The translations under genes were made by a program, and so were the position numbers. 64,000 nt of DNA from Bowdeniella nasicola (GTDB lineage Bacteria > Actinomycetota > Actinomycetes > Actinomycetales > Actinomycetaceae). The number at the start of each line of letters is the position of its first letter. The stretch's first letter is position 1. This document shows, in pieces, positions 9,421 to 17,795 of the stretch. Under the pieces are notes generated by a model, which ran no database searches, had not been told where the DNA came from, and saw only the letters and a list, made by a program, of their open reading frames with translations. The stretch spans positions 69,949 to 133,948 of the forward strand of contig JAUNVA010000002.1 in assembly GCA_030537895.1 (NCBI GenBank), given 5' to 3'.

Positions 9421-10455
9421 GTGGGCGAGGGGACCGCGCTCGTCGCGGTGTGGTGTGCGGGCCTTCTGTGGGCGCTCGCCCACCTCCCTCTGACCTCGAC
9501 CGCTCCTCCTCGCGAGCGTCGACGACGGGCCCGAACGGAACCCGCCCCCGTGGACGCGACATCCCTCGCCGCCGAACTCGCCGAGCGGCTCCGGGCAGGT
9601 GCGCCGCTGCGTACCGCCTGGCACAAGACGGCCCGTGCACACAATCTCGACGCCGGTATCGCCTCCCGGCACGGGGTTGAGGTCCCCTCCGTGCTCGAAG
9701 ACCTGGGGCCGGCAGGCCGCTCGGTCGCCGCGGCCTGGGAACTGGCCGAGCTCACCGGGGCGCCTCTTGCCGACGTCCTGTCCGTGTGCGCCGATGCCGC
9801 CGGTGCTGAGCAGGACGCCGCCGCGGCACGCGACATCGCGCTTGCGGGTCCCCGCACGTCCGCTCGCATCCTCAGCGGGCTGCCACCGCTTGGCCTGCTC
9901 GGCGCGAGTGCGCTCGGTGTCGACGTGCTGGGTCAGGTCACCGGCGGAGGGATAGGGACGGCGAGCGCCCTGGTGGGGGTGCTCCTGTGGGTGGCCGGCT
10001 GGGGGTGGTCCGCCCGCCTCGTACGAGCGGCCAGCGAACAGCTCCGCGGGGAGGATCCCGTCGTGCTCGATCTCGCGGCGGCGGCCCTCGCCGCGGGGGC
10101 CTCGGTCCCGACGGTGCTCACCACCCTCGGGCGCGTGAGCGAGGACCCCGATCTTTGCGACGTGGCCCGCTTCCTCGTCCTCGGTCTCGCGTGGGAACGC
10201 GCCTGGGGGGCTCGCCATTCGAGTGCACTCGCCCAGTGCCTGCGCCCGGCGTGGACATCGGGGGCGGGGGCCGTAGCGCTGTTACGGCGCCGTTCCGAGC
10301 GGCTGCGCGCAGGAGCCTCTCGCGTGGCGCTCCAGGCCGCGGGTCGGCTGGGGGCGCGGCTCGTTGTTCCGCTCGGACTGTGTTACCTGCCCTCCTTCGT
10401 CCTCCTGGCGCTCGTTCCGACGATCCTCGCGATGTCCGCCACCTGGTGGGGCTGA
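9421..10455 (+). CDS. Fused TadB-TadC-like inner-membrane platform protein (two T2SS-F-like halves in one frame); start uncertain (GTG 9421 or ATG 9382)
   Basis: Continuous frame with an N-terminal TM (ALVAVWCAGLLWALA), a first soluble helical domain plus TMs (LSGLPPLGLLGASALG, ASALVGVLLWVAGWGW), then a second copy (DPVVLDLAAAALAAGASVPTVL ... VVPLGLCYLPSFVLLALVPTILAM). Confidence 0.65.
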   Translation: MGEGTALVAVWCAGLLWALAHLPLTSTAPPRERRRRARTEPAPVDATSLAAELAERLRAGAPLRTAWHKTARAHNLDAGIASRHGVEVPSVLEDLGPAGRSVAAAWELAELTGAPLADVLSVCADAAGAEQDAAAARDIALAGPRTSARILSGLPPLGLLGASALGVDVLGQVTGGGIGTASALVGVLLWVAGWGWSARLVRAASEQLRGEDPVVLDLAAAALAAGASVPTVLTTLGRVSEDPDLCDVARFLVLGLAWERAWGARHSSALAQCLRPAWTSGAGAVALLRRRSERLRAGASRVALQAAGRLGARLVVPLGLCYLPSFVLLALVPTILAMSATWWG

Positions 10456-10606
10456 GCGTGGGGATCACTTTGGGGCGAGTGGCGAGCGCCGCCAGTGGGG
10501 GAGCCCTTGAGTGGTGCGGATATCAACAGCATGGCGCACGGCTCTCGCGATCCACAGATGGACGGGAGCCTCGTCCGCCGCTGCACGTTCCTTGCAACGG
10601 TGGTCT

Positions 10607-10639
10607 CCCGGCCTCCCGCCGGGACTGGCCCCAGGCCAG
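10607..10639 (+). promoter_or_regulatory. Two adjacent GC-clamped hairpins with C-rich loops in the flp 5' leader (6C-RNA-like arrangement)
   Basis: CCCGGC-cuccc-GCCGGG (10607-10623) and CUGGC-cccag-GCCAG (10625-10639), about 25 nt upstream of the flp ATG. Confidence 0.35.
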
Positions 10640-10663
10640 TTGAGACCCAGTAAAGGATGACCC

Positions 10664-10897
10664 ATGATTCCTGTCCGTCATTACTACGCACGCCTGATGG
10701 CGCACGCGCAGCACCTCGCCGCGCGAGTGCACACCACCACGGTGTTCCGCTCCGAGCGTGGCTCGGCCACGGTCGAATACGCCATCGCAGCCCTGGCTGC
10801 GGCGGCGTTCGCGGCGCTGTTGATCGCCGTCGTGACCTCCCCGGAGATCCGCACATTACTCACCAAGGTCATCACGAAGGCTCTGAAGACGCGATGA
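10664..10897 (+). CDS. flp: Flp-type pilin-like small protein (DUF4244 / Rv3656c-like)
   Basis: 77 aa. ERGSATVEYAIAALAAAAFAALLIAVV matches the G/xxxxEY Flp processing motif followed by one hydrophobic helix. AAAGGA RBS upstream. Confidence 0.8.
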   Translation: MIPVRHYYARLMAHAQHLAARVHTTTVFRSERGSATVEYAIAALAAAAFAALLIAVVTSPEIRTLLTKVITKALKTR

Positions 10898-11265
10898 CCC
10901 GAGCACTCACCCCAGCGCGGGTGGGGCGGAGGGACGAGCGCGGCTCGGCGACGGTCGAGACCGCGCTCGTCCTGCCGGTCATCGTCATGTGCCTGCTTCT
11001 CCTGTTGGCATCGGGCTCCCTCGCCGCCACGCGCATCGCCGTCATCGAGGGGGCGCGCGCCGGCGCGCGGGCCCTCGCTCTCGGGGCCTCGAGCGAGGAA
11101 GCGAGCGAGATTGCCCGGCGCGTCTGTGACTGCTCAGCCGACGTGAGCATCACCCCCGGTGCCTGGGCCCAGATTCGCGTGCGGGCCCGGCACGGTCTTG
11201 CCGAGTGGGTCCCCGGGATCGAGGTGGACGCCTCGTACACTCTGCCCTACGAGCCTGCCCCGTGA
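10894..11265 (+). CDS. TadE-like pseudopilin (Rv3655c-like)
   Basis: ATGA start/stop overlap with flp. N-terminus RRDERGSATVETALVLPVIVMCLLLLLA (TadE N-terminal motif). Confidence 0.75.
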   Translation: MTRALTPARVGRRDERGSATVETALVLPVIVMCLLLLLASGSLAATRIAVIEGARAGARALALGASSEEASEIARRVCDCSADVSITPGAWAQIRVRARHGLAEWVPGIEVDASYTLPYEPAP

Positions 11266-11720
11266 ACGCGCCCCCCACGACGACGGGCCCCGGTGCACGC
11301 ATCGAGCACGCCGTACGAGCGGGACCATCACACGCTCCGCCGCGGCGCCGCCGGTCGCGGCACCGTCATCATGAGTCGGGTTCCGTGACGGTGCTCGCGG
11401 TCGGCCTGCTCGGGGTGCTTTCCATCGTGCTCGCGATTCTCATGGTTGGTGCCCAGATTCGAATCGCCAGGAGTCATGCCCAGGCGCTCGCCGACCTGGC
11501 CGCCCTCAGTGGTGGGCCCGATCTCTCCGCGGGCTGCGCGATCGCCGAGGAACTCGCGCGCCGCCACGGTGCCTCCGTGCAGGCGTGTGGGCGCGATGGC
11601 CTCGAGATGCGGGTACGCCTCACCCTCCAGGTTGCGCCCGGCCTCGGCTCGGTGAGCGCGAGTGCTCGGGCACGCCCGGCCTGGTTGCTAGGGGCGGGAT
11701 CGACGTCGCCTCCGCCATGA
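11262..11720 (+). CDS. Rv3654c-type TadE-like protein
   Basis: GTGA overlap with the preceding gene. Basic N-terminus, then SGSVTVLAVGLLGVLSIVLAILMVGAQI and ADLAALSG, as in the third small gene of actinobacterial Tad loci. Confidence 0.65.
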   Translation: MNAPPTTTGPGARIEHAVRAGPSHAPPRRRRSRHRHHESGSVTVLAVGLLGVLSIVLAILMVGAQIRIARSHAQALADLAALSGGPDLSAGCAIAEELARRHGASVQACGRDGLEMRVRLTLQVAPGLGSVSASARARPAWLLGAGSTSPPP

Positions 11721-14055
11721 TGCCCAGGACCGCGCGTGCGCCCGCCTTGGAGAGCGGATCGTTACCGGTTCCGCACTTGGGCGAGACGATGCAGGACGGA
11801 CACCCATCGGCGCACCGGCACTCCACCACGCGCTCACGCGTGAGGGCGACCCAACGGGCGATATTTTTCGCCCCTCGCGCCGCAAAACCGGCCCCGCCGG
11901 GAGCGCCATCGTAGATCACGATGGTCGGATGCAGCGTATCGGGATGCAGGGGCATCGACACACCGCCGATATCCGCACGTTCGCAGGTGGCGATCAGGGG
12001 GAGAATCCCGATGAGTGCGTGTTCCGCCCCGTGCAGGGCTCCCGGCACCTCGTGCGCCTCGAGTCCCGCCGCGGCAAGCAGTGCCGGGTCGGCGTGCCAC
12101 CACGCGCCGACCGTCTCGAGTGCGCGTTCGGGAAGGTCCAAAGAATGCGAGGAGATGATGGTGCCCTCGGGCATGCGGCGACGCTCGTATCCGGTGACGC
12201 GGCGTGTCACGCGCACGGCGCAGACCCCACAGCTGTTGGATCCCGCGGGGGAGGGGGCGCCGTCGTCGGGCAGAAACTCCACGCGAGTCTCCGAGCGGGG
12301 CGTGGTGCGGATCGCCTGCGGGGCGATTGGTTCCGCGATCGCCGCCTCACCGTCGTAGCGGGTGATCCGGAATTGCCGTCCCTGATGGAGGTAGATCGCT
12401 CCCGGGTGGACCGAACCGTCGGCACTGCCCGCATCGACGGTCCCCAGCAACGCCCCCGTTCCTTCCTCGATGACGCTCACCTGCCCGCCGCCCGCGCCGC
12501 GCAGGTCCGTCAGATCGTGGGCGCGACGTGCCAACAACCGGTTGTACATCCACCCCTGCGGGCGATCCTTGAGGAGTCCGCGTTCGGCCAGCGAGGCAAG
12601 AAGGGAGGCATCACGCAGCCCGAACAGTACGTAATCCTCCTCCCGAAGCGGCACCTCGCTCGCCGCCGCGCACAGGTGGGGGAGGAGGACGTGTGGGTTC
12701 GTCGGGTCGATGACGAGCGGCTCGACCTCGGCTGAGAACACCGCCTCGGGGTGCGCCGTGAGATACGTATCGAGCGGGTCCTCGCGGGCGACGAACACCG
12801 CGAGGCCGGGCCGGCCAGCCCGCCCTGAGCGGCCTGCCTGCTGGAGCAGGGAGGCACGCGAGCCGGGCCACCCGCAGATGAGGACCGCGTCGAGGCCCGC
12901 GACGTCGATTCCGAGCTCCAACGCGTTGGTCGCGGTGAGCGCCTGGAGGCGCCCCGAGCGCAGATCGGATTCGAGGGCGCGCCGCTCCTCGGGCAGGTAG
13001 CCGCCGCGGTAGGCCGCGACCCGCGTCGAGCCCCGGGGCGCTCCAACCTCGGCCGGCGTGGCGGCGCGGAGGAGGTCACGGGCCTGGCTCGCGAGAGATT
13101 CGGCGGCGTTGCGCGAGCGCACGAACGCGAGTGTCCGTTCGCCCTGCGCGACGAGTGCCGTGAGCAGGCGGGCCGGATCATTCGGGCGGCGTGGCTCGTC
13201 AGCGTCGAGTGGCACGGGCCGCCACAGGACGGTGCGGCGCACGCCGGTGGGGGCGCCATCGTCGGTAATCACGACTGGGTCATGGGCCGCGGGGCCGAGC
13301 ATCGCGGTAGGAAGGGCGGCGGGATCGGCGGTCGTCGCGCTGAGAAACACCACCGTGGGGTCCGCCCCGTAGTGGCGCGCCACGCGCAGGAGGCGGCGCA
13401 GCACGAGTGCCACGTGGGCGCCGAACAACCCCCGATAGGCGTGCGCCTCATCGAGTACCACGGCGTGCAACCCGCCAAGGAGGCGCGCCCAGCGCTCGTG
13501 GCGCGCCAGCATCGAAAAGTGCACGAAATCCGGGTTTGAGAGGACGATATCGGCGCGAGCCTGAGCGTGACGGCGGGCGTCTTGGGAGGTATCGCCGTCG
13601 GCGGTCGCGACGACGGCGGGGAGACCACCCGAGGCGATCATCCCGCGGGCGCCGTGCAGCTGATCCGCGGCGAGAGCCTTCGTCGGAGCGAGATAGAGCG
13701 TGGTTGGTCGTCGCACGCGGGCGGCGATCGAGCCGAGCGCACGTGTCGTGAGATGGTCGCGGTGGTGGGTGAGGGCGCTGAACGCGGACGCCCAGACCGG
13801 GAGCGATTTTCCCGAGCCCGTGTCGGTGGCGAGGACCGTGGTGCGCCCCTGTTCGATCGCGCGCAGCGCCTGCGCCTGGTGCGTCCATGGTTGGGAGATG
13901 CCGATGCGTTCGTAGGCCGCGCGCACCTCGGGGTGCACTGTACTCGGCCACTCGCTGAAGCGGGCCGGCCTCGCCGCGCTCTCATGCACATGGGTGATCT
14001 CGCCGTGTGTGGCGAGATCACGGACGAGGTCGAAGGCGGTGGCCATGCCTTCCAT
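11620..14055 (-). CDS. DEAD/DEAH-box helicase with C-terminal DUF1998/MZB zinc domain (MrfA/YprA, Rv3649-like)
   Basis: Motif I ATDTGSGKS, motif II VVLDEAH, motif III SAT, motif VI QQAGRSGR. The C-terminus has the CRCADGCPSCIVSPKCG four-Cys cluster. Start taken at ATG 14055 or 14046. Confidence 0.88.
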   Translation of the reverse strand: MEGMATAFDLVRDLATHGEITHVHESAARPARFSEWPSTVHPEVRAAYERIGISQPWTHQAQALRAIEQGRTTVLATDTGSGKSLPVWASAFSALTHHRDHLTTRALGSIAARVRRPTTLYLAPTKALAADQLHGARGMIASGGLPAVVATADGDTSQDARRHAQARADIVLSNPDFVHFSMLARHERWARLLGGLHAVVLDEAHAYRGLFGAHVALVLRRLLRVARHYGADPTVVFLSATTADPAALPTAMLGPAAHDPVVITDDGAPTGVRRTVLWRPVPLDADEPRRPNDPARLLTALVAQGERTLAFVRSRNAAESLASQARDLLRAATPAEVGAPRGSTRVAAYRGGYLPEERRALESDLRSGRLQALTATNALELGIDVAGLDAVLICGWPGSRASLLQQAGRSGRAGRPGLAVFVAREDPLDTYLTAHPEAVFSAEVEPLVIDPTNPHVLLPHLCAAASEVPLREEDYVLFGLRDASLLASLAERGLLKDRPQGWMYNRLLARRAHDLTDLRGAGGGQVSVIEEGTGALLGTVDAGSADGSVHPGAIYLHQGRQFRITRYDGEAAIAEPIAPQAIRTTPRSETRVEFLPDDGAPSPAGSNSCGVCAVRVTRRVTGYERRRMPEGTIISSHSLDLPERALETVGAWWHADPALLAAAGLEAHEVPGALHGAEHALIGILPLIATCERADIGGVSMPLHPDTLHPTIVIYDGAPGGAGFAARGAKNIARWVALTRERVVECRCADGCPSCIVSPKCGTGNDPLSKAGARAVLGIMAEATSIPPLATRPGVPEHSRSPSRGRAQPGG

Positions 14056-14157
14056 TGTGCGCGATCCGACCGTCGTGTGAGCGGTTCCTCCGTCTCTTTC
14101 ACCTGCCCGTGGTGTGCCAGGCGCCATCGTCCCGACGTGCTCGCTACACTGGCCGGC

Positions 14158-15111
14158 GTGTCTGATGCGCCCTCTCGACCGCCGGTTCGACGGCTCACGC
14201 CCTACCAGCGCCGCGCGACGGGAGTCCTCGTGAGCAGTGCCGGTGTGCTCGGCCTGTGGGCCATTTTCGTGAACACCCGGCTCGGGCAGGCCGTCGATAC
14301 CCTCGCCATGTTCGGCCTCCAGGCCACGAGCGCTCCCACCCAGCAGCTCATCTCAGTGCTGCATACCGCGATTTCCTATGGCGGATTGGGCCTGATCCTC
14401 CTCCTCGCCGTCGTCACCGCACTCCTGCGTCGCCGTCCCCACCTGGCGTTGCGTGCGGTCGGCGCGATTGTGGGAGCGAACCTCACCACGCAGGTGCTCA
14501 AGACCGCCGTCCTGCCGCGCCCCGATCTCTACGTCAATTGGGCCACGCCTCCCTCCCTGCCCTCGGGACACACGACGGCGGCCGCATCGACCGCAGTGGC
14601 GTTCATTATGGTGGCCCCCATCATCACCCGCGCGTGGATGAGCCTCGTAGGCACGGTGTGGGTGGTCTTCGTTGGGATGACAACCCTCATGAGTGGGTGG
14701 CATCGCCCGTCCGACGTGCTCGCAGCAGTCCTCGTGGCGACGGCGTGGGGACTCCTGCTCGCCCCGAACGAATCCGGACGCGTGGTCGGGCACGGAGTTC
14801 GCCGCAAAATCGCCGCCGCCGGATGGATCACGCTCGGGACCGGGGCCACCTTCCTCATGCTCGTTGCCGTGCTCGTCGCACGATCCGCGATCCTGCAGGA
14901 TTTCGCCGGTCAAATCGTCTTCACTTCCGCGACCGGGCATCCCCTGTGGGCGGTGCTCTCCGCTGTAGGGGCCACGCTCGCCGTCATCGGGGTCACGGCG
15001 ATCGCCATGCGTGAGATCGACCTGGTGCGCTCTGAGCTGCGCCCACCCGCCCGTCCCGCGGCGCCACCCCACGCGGGCCATCGCGGTGTGGGGCGGAGTC
15101 GCTACCCCTGA
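14158..15111 (+). CDS. PAP2-superfamily phosphatase, integral membrane
   Basis: PAP2 motifs KTAVLPRP, PSGHT and SGWHRPSDV with about 6 TM helices. Start uncertain (GTG 14137 or 14158). Confidence 0.75.
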   Translation: MSDAPSRPPVRRLTPYQRRATGVLVSSAGVLGLWAIFVNTRLGQAVDTLAMFGLQATSAPTQQLISVLHTAISYGGLGLILLLAVVTALLRRRPHLALRAVGAIVGANLTTQVLKTAVLPRPDLYVNWATPPSLPSGHTTAAASTAVAFIMVAPIITRAWMSLVGTVWVVFVGMTTLMSGWHRPSDVLAAVLVATAWGLLLAPNESGRVVGHGVRRKIAAAGWITLGTGATFLMLVAVLVARSAILQDFAGQIVFTSATGHPLWAVLSAVGATLAVIGVTAIAMREIDLVRSELRPPARPAAPPHAGHRGVGRSRYP

Positions 15112-15749
15112 GGGGACGTGAGGGACGTGATCGCCACCATGAAGTCCGAATCCTCCGTCATCGGATGGAACTGCCAGGTGGAAAAACGTGACTCGATGCT
15201 CAGGCCCGCAGCCGCGCAGTCGGCTTCGAAGCGCTCGAGCGAGTAGCCACGGGTGAGCCCGAATCCCACGACGGCGCGCCCGGTCGGACTGAGGGCGTCC
15301 GCGAGATAGAGGAGTACCTGGGCAGGCTCGTCGTCGTCGAAAAAGGTGATGACGTTGCCGGAGCAGACAATCAGGTCTGCCCCCTTCGCCTCAGCGGGGT
15401 AGGGCTCCCGCAGGTCGGCCTGAATAAAGCGAGCGGAACCACCCTCGCCATCCGCTGTCGTCGCGATGTGGCGACTTGCGGCGACAGCGCGCGCCTCCTT
15501 CAGTAAGACCGGATCAATGTCCAGACCGACGACGTGGTGACCCCGTTCCGCGAGGGCATGGCTCACCCGACCGGGGCCGCAGCCCGCATCGACAACCCGC
15601 GACCCACGTTCGAGGAGGGCGTCACACGCGCGCGCCTCGCCGTCGAGGTCAAAACCCTCGGCGGCGAGCCGGCGAAACCTCTCGATATAGCGGATGGAAT
15701 GGTCGGGATCCGAGGTCGTGATGCGCTCCCAGCGCGAGGGTGAGGTCAT
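15102..15749 (-). CDS. Class I SAM-dependent methyltransferase
   Basis: Start ATG 15749 (MTSPSRWERI). Motif I VVDAGCGPGRV. Acidic residue after beta-2 (VVGLDID). Confidence 0.8.
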   Translation of the reverse strand: MTSPSRWERITTSDPDHSIRYIERFRRLAAEGFDLDGEARACDALLERGSRVVDAGCGPGRVSHALAERGHHVVGLDIDPVLLKEARAVAASRHIATTADGEGGSARFIQADLREPYPAEAKGADLIVCSGNVITFFDDDEPAQVLLYLADALSPTGRAVVGFGLTRGYSLERFEADCAAAGLSIESRFSTWQFHPMTEDSDFMVAITSLTSPQG

Positions 15750-15811
15750 GCACCTATTGTGCCCCACCGGGACCATAGTCCCGGATTGGGAAAAGTTCGG
15801 ATATCCGAAAA

Positions 15812-15859
15812 ACACAATATACGGTGGTATGGGCGTGTCGCTGGCACAAGATGTTGTGG
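15812..15859 (+). promoter_or_regulatory. Tandem NrdR boxes upstream of nrdD
   Basis: ACACAATATACGGTGG (15812-15827) and GCACAAGATGTTGTGG (15844-15859) each match acaCwAtATaTwGtgt at 12-13 of 16 positions. They are 32 bp apart start to start, the usual three-helical-turn spacing. Confidence 0.7.
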
Positions 15860-15949
15860 TCGCCTAATGTCAGTAGGGCGCGCTCAGGACAGCGCATGGT
15901 TATTCAGGCGTCTACAGGCGTCGTCCAGTCGATCACTGAAGGAGTCATC

Positions 15950-17794
15950 ATGACTAGCCCCTCCCCTGCACCCACCACTCCCGCCCCGACGGTGCAGGTC
16001 GACGCCGTGTCCACCATCGAGGAATACCTCGACCGTTCCGATTGGCGGGTGAATGCCAACGCGAATCAGGGCTACTCGCTCGGCGGGATGATGCTCAATA
16101 CGTCCGGCAAGGTCGTCGCCAACTACTGGCTCTCTCGGGTCTACCGCCCCGAGGCCGGCGCTGCCCACCGCGAGGGCGACATCCACATCCACGACCTCGA
16201 TATGTTTGCCGGCTACTGCGCCGGGTGGTCGCTGCGTTCTCTGCTCGAGCAGGGCTTCAACGGAGTCCCCGGCGCCATCGCTGCTCGCCCGGCGAAGCAC
16301 TTCTCCTCCGCCGTCGGCCAGATCGTGAATTTCTTGGGCACGCTCCAAAATGAGTGGGCCGGCGCTCAGGCCTTCTCCTCCTTTGATACCTACATGGCGC
16401 CGTTCGTCCGCCTGGACAACATGACCTACGACCAGGTCGAACAGTGCATGCAGGAACTCATCTACAACCTCAACGTGCCCTCCCGCTGGGGCACCCAGAC
16501 GCCCTTCACGAACCTCACCTTCGACTGGACCTGCCCCGCCGACCTGCGCGATGAGCACCCCCTCATCGGCGAGGAGCTGTGTGACTTCACCTACGGCGAC
16601 CTACAGGCCGAGATGGACATGATTAACCGGGCCTACATGAAGGTGATGACGGAGGGGGACGCTGAGGGGCGCGTGTTCACCTTCCCGATCCCGACCTACA
16701 ACATCACCGAGGACTTCGACTGGGACAGCCCGAACGCGACCCTGCTGTTCGAGATGACCGCCAAGTATGGCCTGCCCTACTTCCAGAACTTCCTGAATTC
16801 CGAGCTTGATCCCGGGATGATCCGCTCGATGTGCTGCCGTCTGCAGCTCGACCTGCGCGAACTGCTCAAGCGGGGCAATGGGCTGTTCGGTTCGGCGGAG
16901 CAGACGGGCTCGCTCGGCGTCGTGACCGTCAACTGCGCGCGGCTCGGATACCTGCATGCCGGAAACGAGGAGGCACTCTTCGCCCGCCTCGACGAGCTCC
17001 TCGAAATTGCGCGCGACACGCTGGAAAAGAAGCGCGTCGTCATCCAGCATCACATCGACGGCGGTCTCTTCCCGTTCACGAAGCGCTACCTGGGCACCCT
17101 CGAGAACCACTTCTCGACTATCGGCGTGAACGGCATCAACGAGATGATCCGCAACTTCACGAACGATCGCGACGACATCACCACGGAAGCGGGCCACGAC
17201 CTTGCGGTGCGACTGCTCGATCACGTGCGTGACGCGATGGTGCGCTTCCAGGAGGAAACGGGCCACCTGTACAACCTGGAGGCCACCCCCGCCGAGGGGA
17301 CGACCTACCGGTTCGCGAAGGAAGACCGTAAGCGCTTCCCGGATATCCTCCAGGCCGGAACCGACGCGAACCCCTACTACACGAACTCCTCCCAGCTGCC
17401 GGTGGGCTTCACCGATGATGCCTTCGAGGCGCTCGAGCGTCAGGAGGAGCTGCAGGGCAAGTACACGGGCGGTACGGTGCTGCACCTCTACCTGCCCGAG
17501 AAGGTCTCCTCGGCGGAGGCCTGCAAGATGCTGGTGCACCGGGCCCTGTCGAACTTCCGTCTGCCCTACATCACGGTGACACCGACCTTCTCCATCTGCC
17601 CGACCCACGGCTACCTGGCCGGGGAGCACTGGACCTGCGCCAAGTGCGAAGAGGAGTTCAACGCCGAGCAGGCCTGTGAGGTCTGGACGCGCGTCATGGG
17701 CTACTTCCGTCCCGTCTCCTCGTTCAATATTGGCAAGAAGGGCGAATATGCCGAGCGCGTGATGTTCGAGGAGCCCGCGCTCGTGACGGCCTAA
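15950..17794 (+). CDS. nrdD: Anaerobic ribonucleoside-triphosphate reductase (class III)
   Basis: Start ATG 15950 after GAAGGAG. C-terminal Zn-ribbon (CPTHG...CAKC) and glycyl-radical motif RVMGYFRPVSSFNIGKKGE. Confidence 0.93.
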   Translation: MTSPSPAPTTPAPTVQVDAVSTIEEYLDRSDWRVNANANQGYSLGGMMLNTSGKVVANYWLSRVYRPEAGAAHREGDIHIHDLDMFAGYCAGWSLRSLLEQGFNGVPGAIAARPAKHFSSAVGQIVNFLGTLQNEWAGAQAFSSFDTYMAPFVRLDNMTYDQVEQCMQELIYNLNVPSRWGTQTPFTNLTFDWTCPADLRDEHPLIGEELCDFTYGDLQAEMDMINRAYMKVMTEGDAEGRVFTFPIPTYNITEDFDWDSPNATLLFEMTAKYGLPYFQNFLNSELDPGMIRSMCCRLQLDLRELLKRGNGLFGSAEQTGSLGVVTVNCARLGYLHAGNEEALFARLDELLEIARDTLEKKRVVIQHHIDGGLFPFTKRYLGTLENHFSTIGVNGINEMIRNFTNDRDDITTEAGHDLAVRLLDHVRDAMVRFQEETGHLYNLEATPAEGTTYRFAKEDRKRFPDILQAGTDANPYYTNSSQLPVGFTDDAFEALERQEELQGKYTGGTVLHLYLPEKVSSAEACKMLVHRALSNFRLPYITVTPTFSICPTHGYLAGEHWTCAKCEEEFNAEQACEVWTRVMGYFRPVSSFNIGKKGEYAERVMFEEPALVTA

Positions 17795-17795
17795 C

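Noticed and set aside
11620-14055. DUF1998 helicase as part of an anti-phage system (Druantia DruE-like).
   Set aside because: It is a single gene in the position of Rv3649, the conserved housekeeping MrfA/YprA-type repair helicase. No large partner genes, methylase or nuclease neighbours are present, and the flanking genes are core.
16601-17629. Long antisense or out-of-frame ORFs in the track: 16601-17629(-) inside nrdD, 32572-34308(-) inside purL, 54449-56362(-) across ppk and the Nudix gene, 47327-48862(-) inside mscS, 21789-23201(-) and 21245-22006(-) across nrfH/nrfA, and 28777-29760(-).
   Set aside because: Their translations are Arg/Gly/Pro/His-rich low-complexity sequence with no motifs. 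They lie opposite genes with unambiguous conserved motifs. Stop-poor reverse frames are expected in very GC-rich DNA.
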